In this document: positions 39,153 to 51,539 of the stretch, piece by piece
Position numbering within the stretch: position 1 is the first letter of the stretch
How the letters are laid out: every line of letters starts with the position of its first letter
From: Patellaria atrata CBS 101060
Taxonomy: Eukaryota
Assembly: GCA_010093705.1 (NCBI GenBank)
Contig: MU006091.1
Location: 1,364,001 to 1,428,000 of the forward strand
DNA: 64,000 bases
Direction of reading: 5' to 3'
The notes under the pieces: model-generated
What the model saw: only the letters and a program-made list of their open reading frames with translations
What the model was told of the DNA's origin: nothing
The model's database searches: none
Translations under genes and position numbers: made by a program

Positions 39153-39878
39153 ATGTACGCCGCCGCCTCACTTCGCGCCTCCCGTTTCGCCCTCCCCTCC
39201 ACCCGCACCTTCTCCACAACTCCACGCGCGTCCTTCGCGAAAATGCAGATCATCGGCCGCCTCGCGGCGGAACCTGAGACCCAGACCACGAAAAACGGAC
39301 GCGAGTATGTCAGATATGCGGTGGGCACCGACGATGGACCGCGGGTTAATCGCCAGACGAGCTGGTACAAGGTGACATGCTTCGATGAGGGACCGCGGAG
39401 GGACTTTCTGCTGAATTTGCCCAAGGGGTGAGTGGAGTGTGCCGTTTTCTGTTCAATGGGGTATTAGGACTGTGGGGTTGGAGAGGAGATCGAGATGGAT
39501 CTGGGGTTATCAGGATTGTGAAGAGTCGTGTGGAAAGGGGGTTTGCGTTAATATTGATTTGGAGTTTTTATTTTATTTTAGTTTGGTTTGGAGACTGGCA
39601 TTTAGGATTGATTTATTGACGTGTTGTTGATAGGACCCTCATCCATGTCGACACCAACGCGACGATGGCTACCTTTGAAGACGAAAGCGGAAAGAAACAC
39701 ACCCGTCTAAACCTCCTACAGCGTAAGTTCAACTATCATTCGAAGAGAGCATATTCGCCCCCAAAATGTCCGTACCTCATCTTACCCTACTACAGGAAGC
39801 ATCGAGGTGCTCTCCCGACCGCGTCGCCAAGAAGGTGAAGGTGAAAGTGAAGTAGAAGAGGCGACTCTGTCCGAGTAA
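39153..39878 (+). CDS. RIM1: Mitochondrial single-stranded DNA-binding protein
   Basis: Presequence (RTFSTTPR), KMQIIGRL, QTSWYKV and LPKG|TLIHV. Two introns, TAA at 39876-39878. Confidence 0.9.
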
Positions 39879-42800
39879 ATGTCTATACATTATTTCTTGT
39901 GTATTAGGGCTTTTATAAAATGCAATTGGCGCTGGGTTTAGGAATGAGATAATTTGGCGCGAGTTTCGTTGGTGGCTTACGTCGTAGAGCCATCTTCTTG
40001 TATTATTTATCTCTCCCCGGCCAGTTGCTTCCCTTCCGAAATAGTAATGACGGATCTCGTTCCGATTCGAGCATCAAACTTTCTTATGTAAATAAAGGAC
40101 CATTTCAAGGTGTGATATGGGGTCAAAATGGCACATTATTTTCTGTGCAGAAAAATTGTTTGTACGGAAAGGCGCAGGTAACTCCTGTTCAGGGGTAACA
40201 AATACAAGTCAAGTCTACAGGAGCAAACTTTTCAATTTTTCAATTAACCTCTTGAGCACTTGAGTGTGAATTAGTCCGCCACAAAACCTACAATAATCGC
40301 CACGTTTCATTTGTACTCATCCTTACCCGTTCTTACGTGAAAGCATTCCCCGCTTCCATTAGTATACTCACCCCATGGGAAACGTCGAAAGATAACTGAG
40401 TACACACAATCACGAGCTGAGACAGTAAACAGAAGTGAGGAAAAGCGTTCATTGATGCAACTATTCTATCGGTGTCTGTATCCTCTAGAACCCACAGCCA
40501 TCTCCTCCACGTCTTACCAGTCACTTCAGATATCCAGCCACCTTGCCTGACCTCAATCGCACCATTTACTCGAACGGAACCCTTCAGAAATTCTATTAGT
40601 CGACGCCGTGATGAGTAAAGCCTTGACATTGATACATCTGCTCCAACGGAACTAACAGCAGATTGTAAACTTGTCCGATATATACAGGTAAATGACAGTA
40701 GCGTGGATTTCATCTATAAAACCAAGAGGCCGAACTCTCTCACTCGACCGTATTATACTAAGTAAAGCACATCTTGATTTCCAGCCACCACAGTCAGGGG
40801 TAGTTTACCGTCGCAGGAGGCTGATCCGCTGAACCGAGAAGGGCCAAAGTCTAGCCTATAGCATTACAAAAGCCCGTGGGCGACCCAGTCTGTCTAGCCA
40901 GAAAGTGTCAGGTTAATCGACACTGGCGTGAGGTGATGGCGTACAAACAGTACAGTAAGAACTCTTCCACTACGGTATCTTGCAATAATTCGACTTTGTT
41001 CTTGAAAGACGTGATCGGAGCTAGGAATAACCAGGAACATCTCCTGGAGATATTCCAAGAACTGATAAGTTTCTCCACCGCAAATAGTCAAACTTGGTAG
41101 ATATAGAGCCGTCAATCCCGCGAGTGGGAAGTGTTATTGAAAGTTGACTAGTGAACACAGGGTCCTAAGTGTTGTGCTTGAGTTAAATTGCCACCTCATA
41201 CTGCGTGAGGGTGTGTGTGTGAATAATAATGAGCCATGTTGAAGTTCTTGTTTGTCGATCTATCCTATAGTAGTTTCACCGCTTCCAGTGCATTTACGAG
41301 ATCATCAGAACAAACATATTCAAGAATGAACCGTTGGGTCTTCATTGAAGGTACTCATTTATGTAGGAGTAGTGTTGTAGTGTTGTAGCTGTCTTCCTTT
41401 CGCTGTTTGTAAAACCCTCGACTAGATACCAGTGGTTTGTCCTTGGTTGCGGCTACACGGGGAGGTTTCAAAAGGTATCCGAGGAAATCGACCTTCCTTA
41501 ATCTCTCTCTATAGTCTTCTTGAATCGGATGCGGGTAGTAGATAGCGTTGGTGAGGATTATATCGATGAATGTCCAACCACCTGGGATATGACCCACGTG
41601 GCGCCAATTGCTATGTTTGACTATGAGCTGACTGTACATAGCAGCAGGTGAGAGTGATACTCTGAACGTGATGAAACGATGTCCAAAAATTGTTGATAGT
41701 AAATGCATAGGCCTTGATTCTTGCTGTTCTTTATTCCGTTTGTTGGTGTATATCGGTTTAAGTGCGGCGCTTTAGAGACTCCGTTTCTCTGAACGTTGTG
41801 GTGAAGGGTCTTGTGATGCCTACGGTGGATGGTGCTAATGGAAGCGATGTTGATGGACCATTTGCCGAGAGAAGCCCCAATAGATAGTGTGAGTTGAAAA
41901 TTTTCTGAAGTCTGATGCTGGAACGAGAGTTTGGCAGTTTTGAAGTAGTTCTCACACAGGATCCAGAGAACTTGTTATCTGTTTTGCGGGTGTCGAAGCT
42001 CGAATAAAATCGGCCATAAGTCTACATAGAGCGTGATAGAGGATGTGTAAGGAAGAGAATAGTAGGTAGGTGGGTGCCTTCAAGATTGCAAGAGACAGAA
42101 TGTCGCGTATTGATATGTCTTGGAGAGATGAATCTGCACAGCGGGTTTAAGACACGATGGAGCAAGCAGCGCGATGCTGGAGGTGCGCAAGTTGTCAAGT
42201 AGTTCCAATTATCTTTGAAAGGATGATAAGCATGGAAGACTTTCTGGTCGTTGCTATCACGCTTGGAAAAGGTGGATGCAGTTGATGAGGGAAGAGTAGT
42301 TGACGAGAAGGGTCAAAGAAATAAAGTCAACTGCCGGAGGAAACTTTTTGCGAGGGTGATGTTTATGTTTGTAAAGTGAAGAGCTTGGCGAAAAGCAAAC
42401 GGCATAATTGTGACAGTGTTGACGTAGAGGGGAAGAAAGCAGGGGAAGGAGCTAGAAAGGGGTCGAGGTTCAGCACAGAGAAGGGTTGTGGTGGTTATAC
42501 TCCGCGACACACATCGAGTTGCTATACCTGTTGATAATTCTCTTAGGTTTATAGATGGTTATGACAAAAAGCTTCATCATCGACCAGGATACCTCGGTAT
42601 GAAGATAAAATAAATGCTCAGTAAACCGTACCTCTAGCACGGGGTTAAGAAACGATCCTATTAATCAGTTCCGATTTTCCGACTATAATGATGCTCTCAG
42701 GGTGCAGTGATACAGTATCTACATCAGGGATGAAACAGTTGTTGGATAGTTTGTAAAATAGTTACGGCAGACCTAACATGTGGAGGTGTAGTACGCGAGG

Positions 42801-45800
42801 AGGGCTATAGTATTACAGCGAGGGAAGAGAGCGACAATATAGTGAAGTGTTTATGTGGAGGTGGTCATGCCGTGCTCGAGGAAGCAACTTCTTTATGAAG
42901 CAAGTTATTTTGGAGACGAAAGTTGAGACAGTCACTGGAAAGGAGACCAAATAGTGGCGTGAGTTGTGGTCAAGGTAATAGTACATTTTGAAAAATCATA
43001 AACACATCAGCTGGCTTCAGCATAAAGTGCATGGGTCATTAGGGTGGTGAGACAATGAAGGTTGAACCAACCAGTGGCAGTTAAACTGTCGCATGCTAGA
43101 CTTCCAGGCTCTTTGAAGAGAATAACGAGAAGCTTGGGGAGGCGTTTATATTCATATCTCGTGAGAGACAGGACACTGAAGGGTGGACATGGAAGATATA
43201 GGATTGGCTGCTACAATATCCAGTCCAAAAATACCATCCTTACGACTACTGGAGAGACACATAGGAGGAATGATGTCCAACTTAAAAGTAGGGTTTTCGT
43301 AAGAGTGTCACCCCTAATGGAAGATAGGGGTTAAGGCTACTTTTTCGCAGGAGGCCTTGGCATATCGAAGTAACTTATGCTGATGGGTGGCCGACGGGAT
43401 GGGGATAAGGTCCACCATGGGAGTTTGGATCCGGTCAACGAAGGGGAAAATGGCTAAAGGGTTGGGGCATGAATTCCAAAATGCAGGCTGCGGGATGGAG
43501 GATTTGGAGCTCAGGATGGTCAAAGGGCTGCCTTATACACATGAGCGCATGTGCGGGGAGGCTGCGGGTGAAGATGTCCCTAAGTGCTTGGCCCCATTCG
43601 GTTAGGGGCATCTGAGGTGGTCAAAAGATGGGTGATGGTATTTCTTACAGAACAATAGGGGTTTTTTGTTTGTTTCTACAGCAAACATTTGGAGGTAGGA
43701 TAGAGTCGTCACTAATTGCTTATGGAGCAACTATTCAAGATAATATCAGTCCTGTCGAGTTTTCAGCGATGAGTTAGCTACCAGCTGCACGACAACTAGA
43801 CAGGTAATGTGGGATATAGTCATGAAGCTCAATGAGACAAAGCTTGTCGTAATTCGAACTCTTGGTCTACTGCAATATGTCTTGAGAAAATGATGACAGA
43901 TTTCATAATTTTTACCTTCACTATCTTTCTCCTTATTTCTTTTTCTGATTATAAGCTACTCAGATATACTATTTCCTCGGAGGAAAATCATAATTGACCC
44001 ATCAAAGTACGAGCATTCAGAGAAATTCACAATTTGATTTTCTGATACATACAAAAATCAACAAGTCGAAAAGTAATAAAAATCAACCACGTCTAGGTAC
44101 GCCGATATCATCAACAGTAATGGTACAATTCAGACTATCTCCTCTATCACGTGAGTTAAAGCGAATAACTTGGATGAAGAAAGGTTAGGTATTGCGGAGC
44201 AACCTCCGGAGTAAGAATATGGTATAGACTAACCTGAAGACCTTTAGTCCAATCTGGTTATACACCGAGGGTACCGACCCTGTGCAGACCCCGGTTTTTA
44301 AGTTTACGATGACAGGGAAGTGCTATTCTGACTATCCGTCCGAGTCAGCAGAATTACTACGGCAATATACGGATTCTAATAGGAAAAAAACCCCTCAAAG
44401 GGTACATTTCAGCAACGGGGTGGCACTATGCTTGCATTGGCACCACGCATCTCTCTTCTCTCTCCGGGCCTCGCTGAAGATAATGATTTCCCGTTTAAGT
44501 AGGTTAGTAGGACTCCCAGACCGGAATCCGAAAGATGGCTGATAGGTCTCGTTCTGCTCTGGTCAGGCCCTTGACATGTCCGATTTTGAGTTCGCCGACT
44601 GTGAGGTTTTCGTAGCACGTTTGGCCCGCAGCAGCTCATACTGGAGGGTGTCCGATGGCGGTGGTGGCGGTTACAAACGCACTATGACTGATTTGCGTGG
44701 ACAGCATGACCGTGCCGAACCGACAGGCGTTGAAGATCGATCTCCCTCCATTTAGAGTTAGGGATGTGCCCGGGTGGCTGGTCATATTCGGTCATATATA
44801 CAACAAAGTACTGGTCGAAGATCTCCCGGTTTGTGGATTGTTGAATAGATCAACAGCATTGATTAATTCGAAATATGGGTTGCTTCCGTTGGTTCCAATA
44901 GGATCCCCGGTGGGTGGTATATTTCTGGATTGCTCTTACCGCATCAACCGCGTTTGCCGCTTTCCATAGATTATTTGATTATTTGAAGTGTTGCATTTAT
45001 CTTTCAAAGATCTTGGGCGAGGTTAATTGGCCAAAGATGTTACGACTCATGGCACAGACGCCACCGACGCTGTAGATGGAGATGCGGCCTTAATCACCAC
45101 AAAGTCGATGCATGTTTAAGGTCTCTTTTACAGTGTGCAGGTAGAAACGAGACAAAAGATCACAAGGAAGTTCTCGCGGTATCTCTTCTCGTCATTGACT
45201 AGACATGGCACGAACGAGAAGGGTTGATACTTAAACCTCGGATTTACATGGACGAAAGTAAGCATCTTAATGATGACGATTTGTGCTGGAGCCGATGCTG
45301 ACATTGGGGTGCCCTAATATATATTGCTTCGAAATGGGCTCACATGGCCTCTTCTCCTCTTGACAAGGCAGCACAACCTCGTCGATTATCTCATCTCTGA
45401 AGAGTTGCGTGACCTCTTGCCTCAAGTGAGTTCGGACTCTTGCATATGCTTATGCAGTGTGCTCTTCGCACTCAGAAATTGGAGCTGCGAATTTGTGGCT
45501 CTTTCAACACGTGGGGGATGCCCGCCGGGATAGTAGCGTGGGGGAAAAGAGGCTTAAGGTGGGGACACCATGTCAGGACCAAGTAGTTGATGAAGAATTT
45601 CAGAACAGGGATTTCTGCTATACTGTTTTAATAAGAATGTCCTTATTGGTATATTGGCGAAGGTAGTATATTTTTTTAAGGTGCTTAAACTGAGGTCAGC
45701 TCTCGACTCTGACGCGCTCTGAAGCAGATTCTTGGGTGCGTTTGATGAAGTAAAGGATCGTGAAGGCGTCGCAACCGTATTCCCGGCTTTTGGGTCGATA

Positions 45801-48800
45801 TTCCACTAACTTTTAAGGACTGCCGGGAAGATTGCCGAATGCTAAATATTTGCCTGTCCATTTCGACTCTTTGTAGGCACTCATGATCGACATCTTGATC
45901 GCGATGCCCGGTAGATTCACTAGTTGTTCTTAATTATCAACATCATTCCCTCAGCTTCATCAATGTTAGGTGGTATACTCAGATCGTGGGAGGGACGGCC
46001 TGGTCATTAGCAGTCTACCGGCGAGCTCCATACATGGGAATGATAGTTTGAAGAAAACGGTGATGCAAATTCAGGATGTCCCATCATCCAGCTGGATCCT
46101 CAAATCGCGTTTGGACTCTTTCGACTTTCAGCCTACGGTAGCTTTCTGTACGATTTCGACGTTGTGTCAGAACTAGCGAAAGCTCTACTCGGTTGTGGAG
46201 TTGCCTGAAAGATGTTCGAGGCGGTTGAGATTCCACGTGGACTTTTGTTCTGAATGCATATAGACCGGTAAACAATAATGTGCGTGTAGGCGCGCGCGTC
46301 CGAGATGAAGTCATAAACAATTCATGACGGCTCGTCTGGACTATATGAGCCATTTACAAGGCTGGATACAACTTAGCAATATAAAGAGACTGCTCCTTCT
46401 AATGCGCCACGACGCACGTAGCGTAGATCTATTAGAATTTAACATGAGTTGGGGTTATAGTTACGTCTAATCGATGCGAAATTGATGAGTTTAGATTCAC
46501 GGACAAGTGGAAATGGGTTGTACTGTATGGAATAAAACGGGGTTCAGGAACCTTTTCATTTGCAGAATTTCCCGGATTGAAAGAACCGCTTAAAAGCTTT
46601 GATATAGCACCAAGAAGCATGAGCAACGTGAGTGATATTAAGGTAGATGGAATTGAAGTTTTGAAGCGAGAAGTACAGATTGACTTTTTCATTCATCAGG
46701 TAGCGAAGAGGGTCGGGTCCTTCCTCCTCCACACACGGAACGGGTCTGATCGATACCTTATTCTACCCGCGACCCATCTCAGCGCTCGCACCCACTCCCG
46801 TTCAGCATTCGATCATGACTCTATGGGGTGAGCATAAAAACGATAAACTTCCATGACATCTTATTACGTGTCATGGAGTCATGGCCGGTTCCTGAAAATT
46901 TTCCATGCTTGAAGGAATGCAAGGCCCATACAGGCACACACATGGGTATTACAACCTGGCCTCAGCGTCAGATCTTATTTGGACTTCGAATCCTCAACCC
47001 TCTTTGAAACCTTGCGTTATCAAATTCGTGCACTGGTGCGAGCAGTCCGTCAGCTCCGATGCGCATTGAATACTTGAACAGGGACCAAGGGACCAAAAGT
47101 GAACTTGAGAAGCCGTAAGGAGACGGACAATGGAATGATCAGCTTGATGATCAAAGATCGCAATTATTAGCACAGCAGGTATCCCTGTGGCGTTGTATGG
47201 CGTCAAAGCAGTCGTCCTTTCCCTTGGGACCCTCTGGCTTGGTCGCATCGTCGAGGCGACGGTACCATTTAAGGATCATCGACTCTATCAGTGTCCAATT
47301 GGTTACAACTAGGCGAGCTGGACCATGGAATTTATCATCGTTCCGATCTTTTTTTTCGTCGCACTTTGGGCTTGACAAGAGCGGAGAATTCCCTTTGTTA
47401 ATGCGTTCCCCTTGGACTGGTGTACTGTGCACAAGGAATAGGATCCAATAATTTGGGGAAGGGGATAACTGCCCGAGAACTGGCTTACTCGCGTTATCAT
47501 CCTAGACAAGACAGTTTGCTATACCGTACCGCAGCATACTGTATGCTGTATGTAGGATGATAAGTGCTGAAAGCCTGAAACATTGCTAGATGTGTTAGAG
47601 ATACTTGTACAGTACAGGTCGCCGTTCCAGGTATCCATGCTACAAGGCACATTTGAAAGGACGAGCTTTGAGACATGCGAGATCTGACAATAACAATGAT
47701 CTATGGTGGATACTGGTTTGTTGTAAGCTTATTTAGGTATGATATGTGATGTCGAGGATCAAGACGAAATCCTTCTGATAAAGAGGCACTGTGGGGGTAG
47801 TAGCTAACTGGATTTAGAGTTAGGACACGATGTGTTGTAATTCTAGTGCACAGTCTGCCCTCAACTACTTGAGAACTGAAGAGTAAGGATCAGCCCGATA
47901 TTGATGGATAATGGAGTCTCCGGTATAGCGTTCACAACACAGGCCATATCATGATCGTAGGACCATCTCAGGCCGACGTCCAAATAGGGGATAGATTACC
48001 AAATTGTAGGTTGTAACGTCTCGCGTGAAACCGGCTCGCATGAACTTACATAAGGCGAGTGATTCTACTGACAAACAACCGGATCCCCACCGATTTTGTG
48101 GCTGCACTAATAATGGAGTACTTGTGGTTGGATCTTGTTATTATTCGATATTTTTTTTAATAGCCCGAACCAGATTTTTGACGTCCAAGCCGTGTCCTGA
48201 TACTTGTACATTCTCAATAAATCTGCGATGTCCAGGAGGTTGGCGGAGGCTAATAGTCTCAGGTCCCTGTTTGCGGAGAAATGACGAACCAAAGTACTTG
48301 TAAAGTACGCATAGAAACAAGATTGTACTGTACATGTTCGAATACCTTAAGGGGAATTCCCTGTGCCGAATTCAAAAGAGGGCAGTTCATGGCTATACGA
48401 ACTGGATCTTTGCAGGAACGCTGTGCAATTTTCCCTTTGCAGAGTGCAGACGGATAAGTATGAGTATCCATAATCTTGGGCCGCGTGGTGGCCATGATGA
48501 GCAGCTAAGAGCTACACAAGATACGAGCTCAACGGTTTGCGGAGTTATTGTAACATACTTGTAAATAGGTACTGCAGGTACAGTACTGTACAGTACTGTA
48601 GCTGATCCAGGATTCAAGGTAGAGGGCTTGCTTGCTTGGTCCTGCTCTGTGCTTCAAGTGTATAGAAAAGATCTGAAGACTCAAGTGTTAGACTGTAAAG
48701 AGGTACAGACTGAGGTACTCATTCAAAGCAAAGGACAAGGGAGTGAAGGCTGGGATATGCCAGCACGAAGATGCTCGAGGAGGCGGTAGTGGACGCAATG

Positions 48801-51539
48801 TGATCCTCTCTTCCCTGACCTGGCTTGCAGCCCTAGCGGACGCCATACTTCTCCACAAACCAGAGTTTTCGAGGTTGTCTTGCAGTTCTGCAACTCTTTC
48901 GTAGGCTCGTAGCACGAATGCTGGTCCAAGAAATCCACCCCCCTCCCTCCCAGCTCCTAGACTCTCTCCGTGCTCTCCACATCATGATACAGTACCTCCA
49001 ATTGGAAACCCTTCAACCTCGCTGAGTCCGCATATTTGTCTTGATCTTTTTCGCTCATGGTGAACTCGTAGCCGGCTGGATATCTAACTCGGTTCGGTCG
49101 ATGGACTTCATGCGTCTTTTCCTCCAGCCGCGGTGGTGCTGCTCCACCTACAGCTCGAGCGTATGCGGCATGCGATAGTACTGCTAGTTTTCATTATTAA
49201 CTACCAGATACTACTAATAAAATCACGGCGAACGTCCCCTTGGTCCTGGACTTGCGCGAGCATATTGACCTGGTCTGGTATATGCCGGATCGGCTATGCT
49301 ACGTCCCTTGGCTTCTCTATAGTGCAAACAGTGTTTAGCTATTCGCTATGTCATGCCCATAGACCTTGGTGCAGCGAACTTTCAAGCAGGTCCACTAATG
49401 TAGGCGCTTGAGGGCCAGAACGAATGCTGGTCCCGCGTATCAGAAAAGGGTTCTTGTGTTGGAGAAGCCTGGGGGGGGTATGCGAATAATGCTTTTCAAG
49501 TTTCAATGCTGAAATCTGAGCCAGCCTAGGAGAGGAATAGCGCTGAGCAGTTCAGGGCGAGCGAAGGCGGAAGTGTTTGGCCGACAGTGCACCAAGCTCA
49601 CGCTGCCTGCTGGCTTCATGCTCCAAGGCTCCAAAATGCGCAGTTGCTGAGTGCTGACTTAAGGTTGCTGTCATTGTTAACTTGTTAAAAAGGCTGCTAG
49701 TAAGTTTTCCTCATCATCTCTCGCTTTCGAACAGTATCCGAGCGTGCGCAGGGGGTCCCAAAGTCTCCATAAGACAGGAACTTAACTGGCGCTCCCTACC
49801 GAATCACCGATCAAACTACTCCATAAGTCCATGAACCCTCCAAGACTCCCACCAAACCGTTACTCGAGTCCCTGTAGGTACAGTTACAGTACCTAGACCA
49901 CATTCAATATTCTTTTTCTCTGCCAAAAACATCATACCTACTTACCACATGCAGCCAACTCGATAATGGTAAAGTGCATTTCCTCAACGCCATGAGCCCA
50001 TGCTCCTCAGCTCACCAATCGTTACAACAACGGGCCTTTCCACTTCTGACTTGCGTCCAACCATCATCAGCATCTGCGAAGACTTGCGATCCCGGAACGC
50101 TGAAGCAGCAAAGGTTGGATAACTGAAGCCGCGTTCGATCTTTTCCTGTAAAGGACCGGTAGCCTGTAGAACTACTCGCCCGTTGCTGCCCTGCTCGTTC
50201 TAGGAGGCGTGCTCCTGGCGTACTCGAGCTGCTTCAGCACGCCGATCATCAGTGGCTGCTTCGAACTTGAATGTTGAGAGCTCTACGGAGTACTGTCGTT
50301 CGCCTCGCCGTCTTATTAAGGCTTCAAGCACCCCAGTGCCAATGCGAGAGACTCTCCGTCCCGCTGCATCCCCTATTACCTTATTGCCAATTGACTTTTG
50401 CAACGGTCACTACCGACCAAACATACCCATTTCCTCGGGTCTAGTCTTTGGAGCTCTCACAGTTGGCAGTTGGGCTCTCGGATCTTTTACTCTACAACCC
50501 CCCTAACTTCTCAGGGTCCGTCATACCTAGAAACGCCGTGTTACTACGTAGACGCTCTTCTAATCCCCCGGGTGATCGAGGCTTTGAGAAGAGGCTTTAC
50601 TCCCATCTTGCAGATCATCGGCAGGACTCTTCCCAGTCGGTCCGAAGTATATTCCTGACTATCTGACAAGAGCATCTACAACTGCCATTCGGCTTCTTCA
50701 ACGCTGTACAGTAGGCTTCTATAGCCGTCTGGGCACTGTTTGGTCTGAAATCCTTCCGCAACTGTGGAGATCGAAGCTGGATATTGAGTAGAAATTTTTC
50801 GTTTCAGCATTGCTAAATACTGTGGTAAGTCTGAAGTCGGATGAAACTCTTCATGTAGGACAATATCCGCTGGCAATAACCCAATTAGCGAAATACTGGC
50901 AATTCACTAACGAACACGATTAGGCGATCATCTATATTGATCATATTGCTTTCATATCTCCCTTGAATAAGTTTGCCGCCTTGCAAACTGCTTCTCCCTT
51001 GTCGTCTTATCAATTGGGTTGGCGTCGAAGCTCCATTTTGCTTTACTTTACGACTACGTATGCTTACAAGCTTGAGTCCTTTCTCGCTTCACTCGATAGC
51101 ACTGCATCTACTCGCCGTGTCCTTTGGATAGATTTTACCGAGAGCCGGCACCAGTACAGTAAAGCCGAAGGACCTTACCACCTGGCATAGTTAAAGCACT
51201 GGAACCCGACAGGACCTCTCGATTTAAATTTCACGTGATTCATCTGTTTCCATGCTACAAGAAACACTCAAGAGCACCCATATTCAGAGGAAATACATCA
51301 AACGATTTTCCCGCTCCGGTCCGACTATACTAATTGATTTGGCGCACGGTATATGTGCTAATGATCCCCCAGAATCGACGGGTTCTGCAAGAATACCGAG
51401 CGTGGCGTCTGAGTTATAATAGTTCATAGCTGGACGGCTGGATAATTGATCGAATCTTGGAACTACCGGAAGTTCAACTCGACCTGAAACTTCCCTCAGT
51501 CACCTAGATAAAAACACCTTGGAAAAATCTCTTGCCGTC
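39879..51539 (+). promoter_or_regulatory. Very long gene-free upstream region and spliced 5' leader of the WOPR transcription factor
   Basis: No recognisable coding sequence over 11.6 kb. Pyrimidine-rich + strand from about 49.7 kb. Leader introns 50825-50923 (GTAAGT...CACTAAC...TAG) and probably 51058-51372. Confidence 0.6.

Noticed and set aside
44400..44960. Protein-like fragments on the minus strand within the gene desert
   Set aside because: Multiple stops and frame changes, with no identifiable domain.
46940..47005. TTCGAATCC as a tRNA T-loop
   Set aside because: Lacks the preceding G, and no cloverleaf or A-box could be built.
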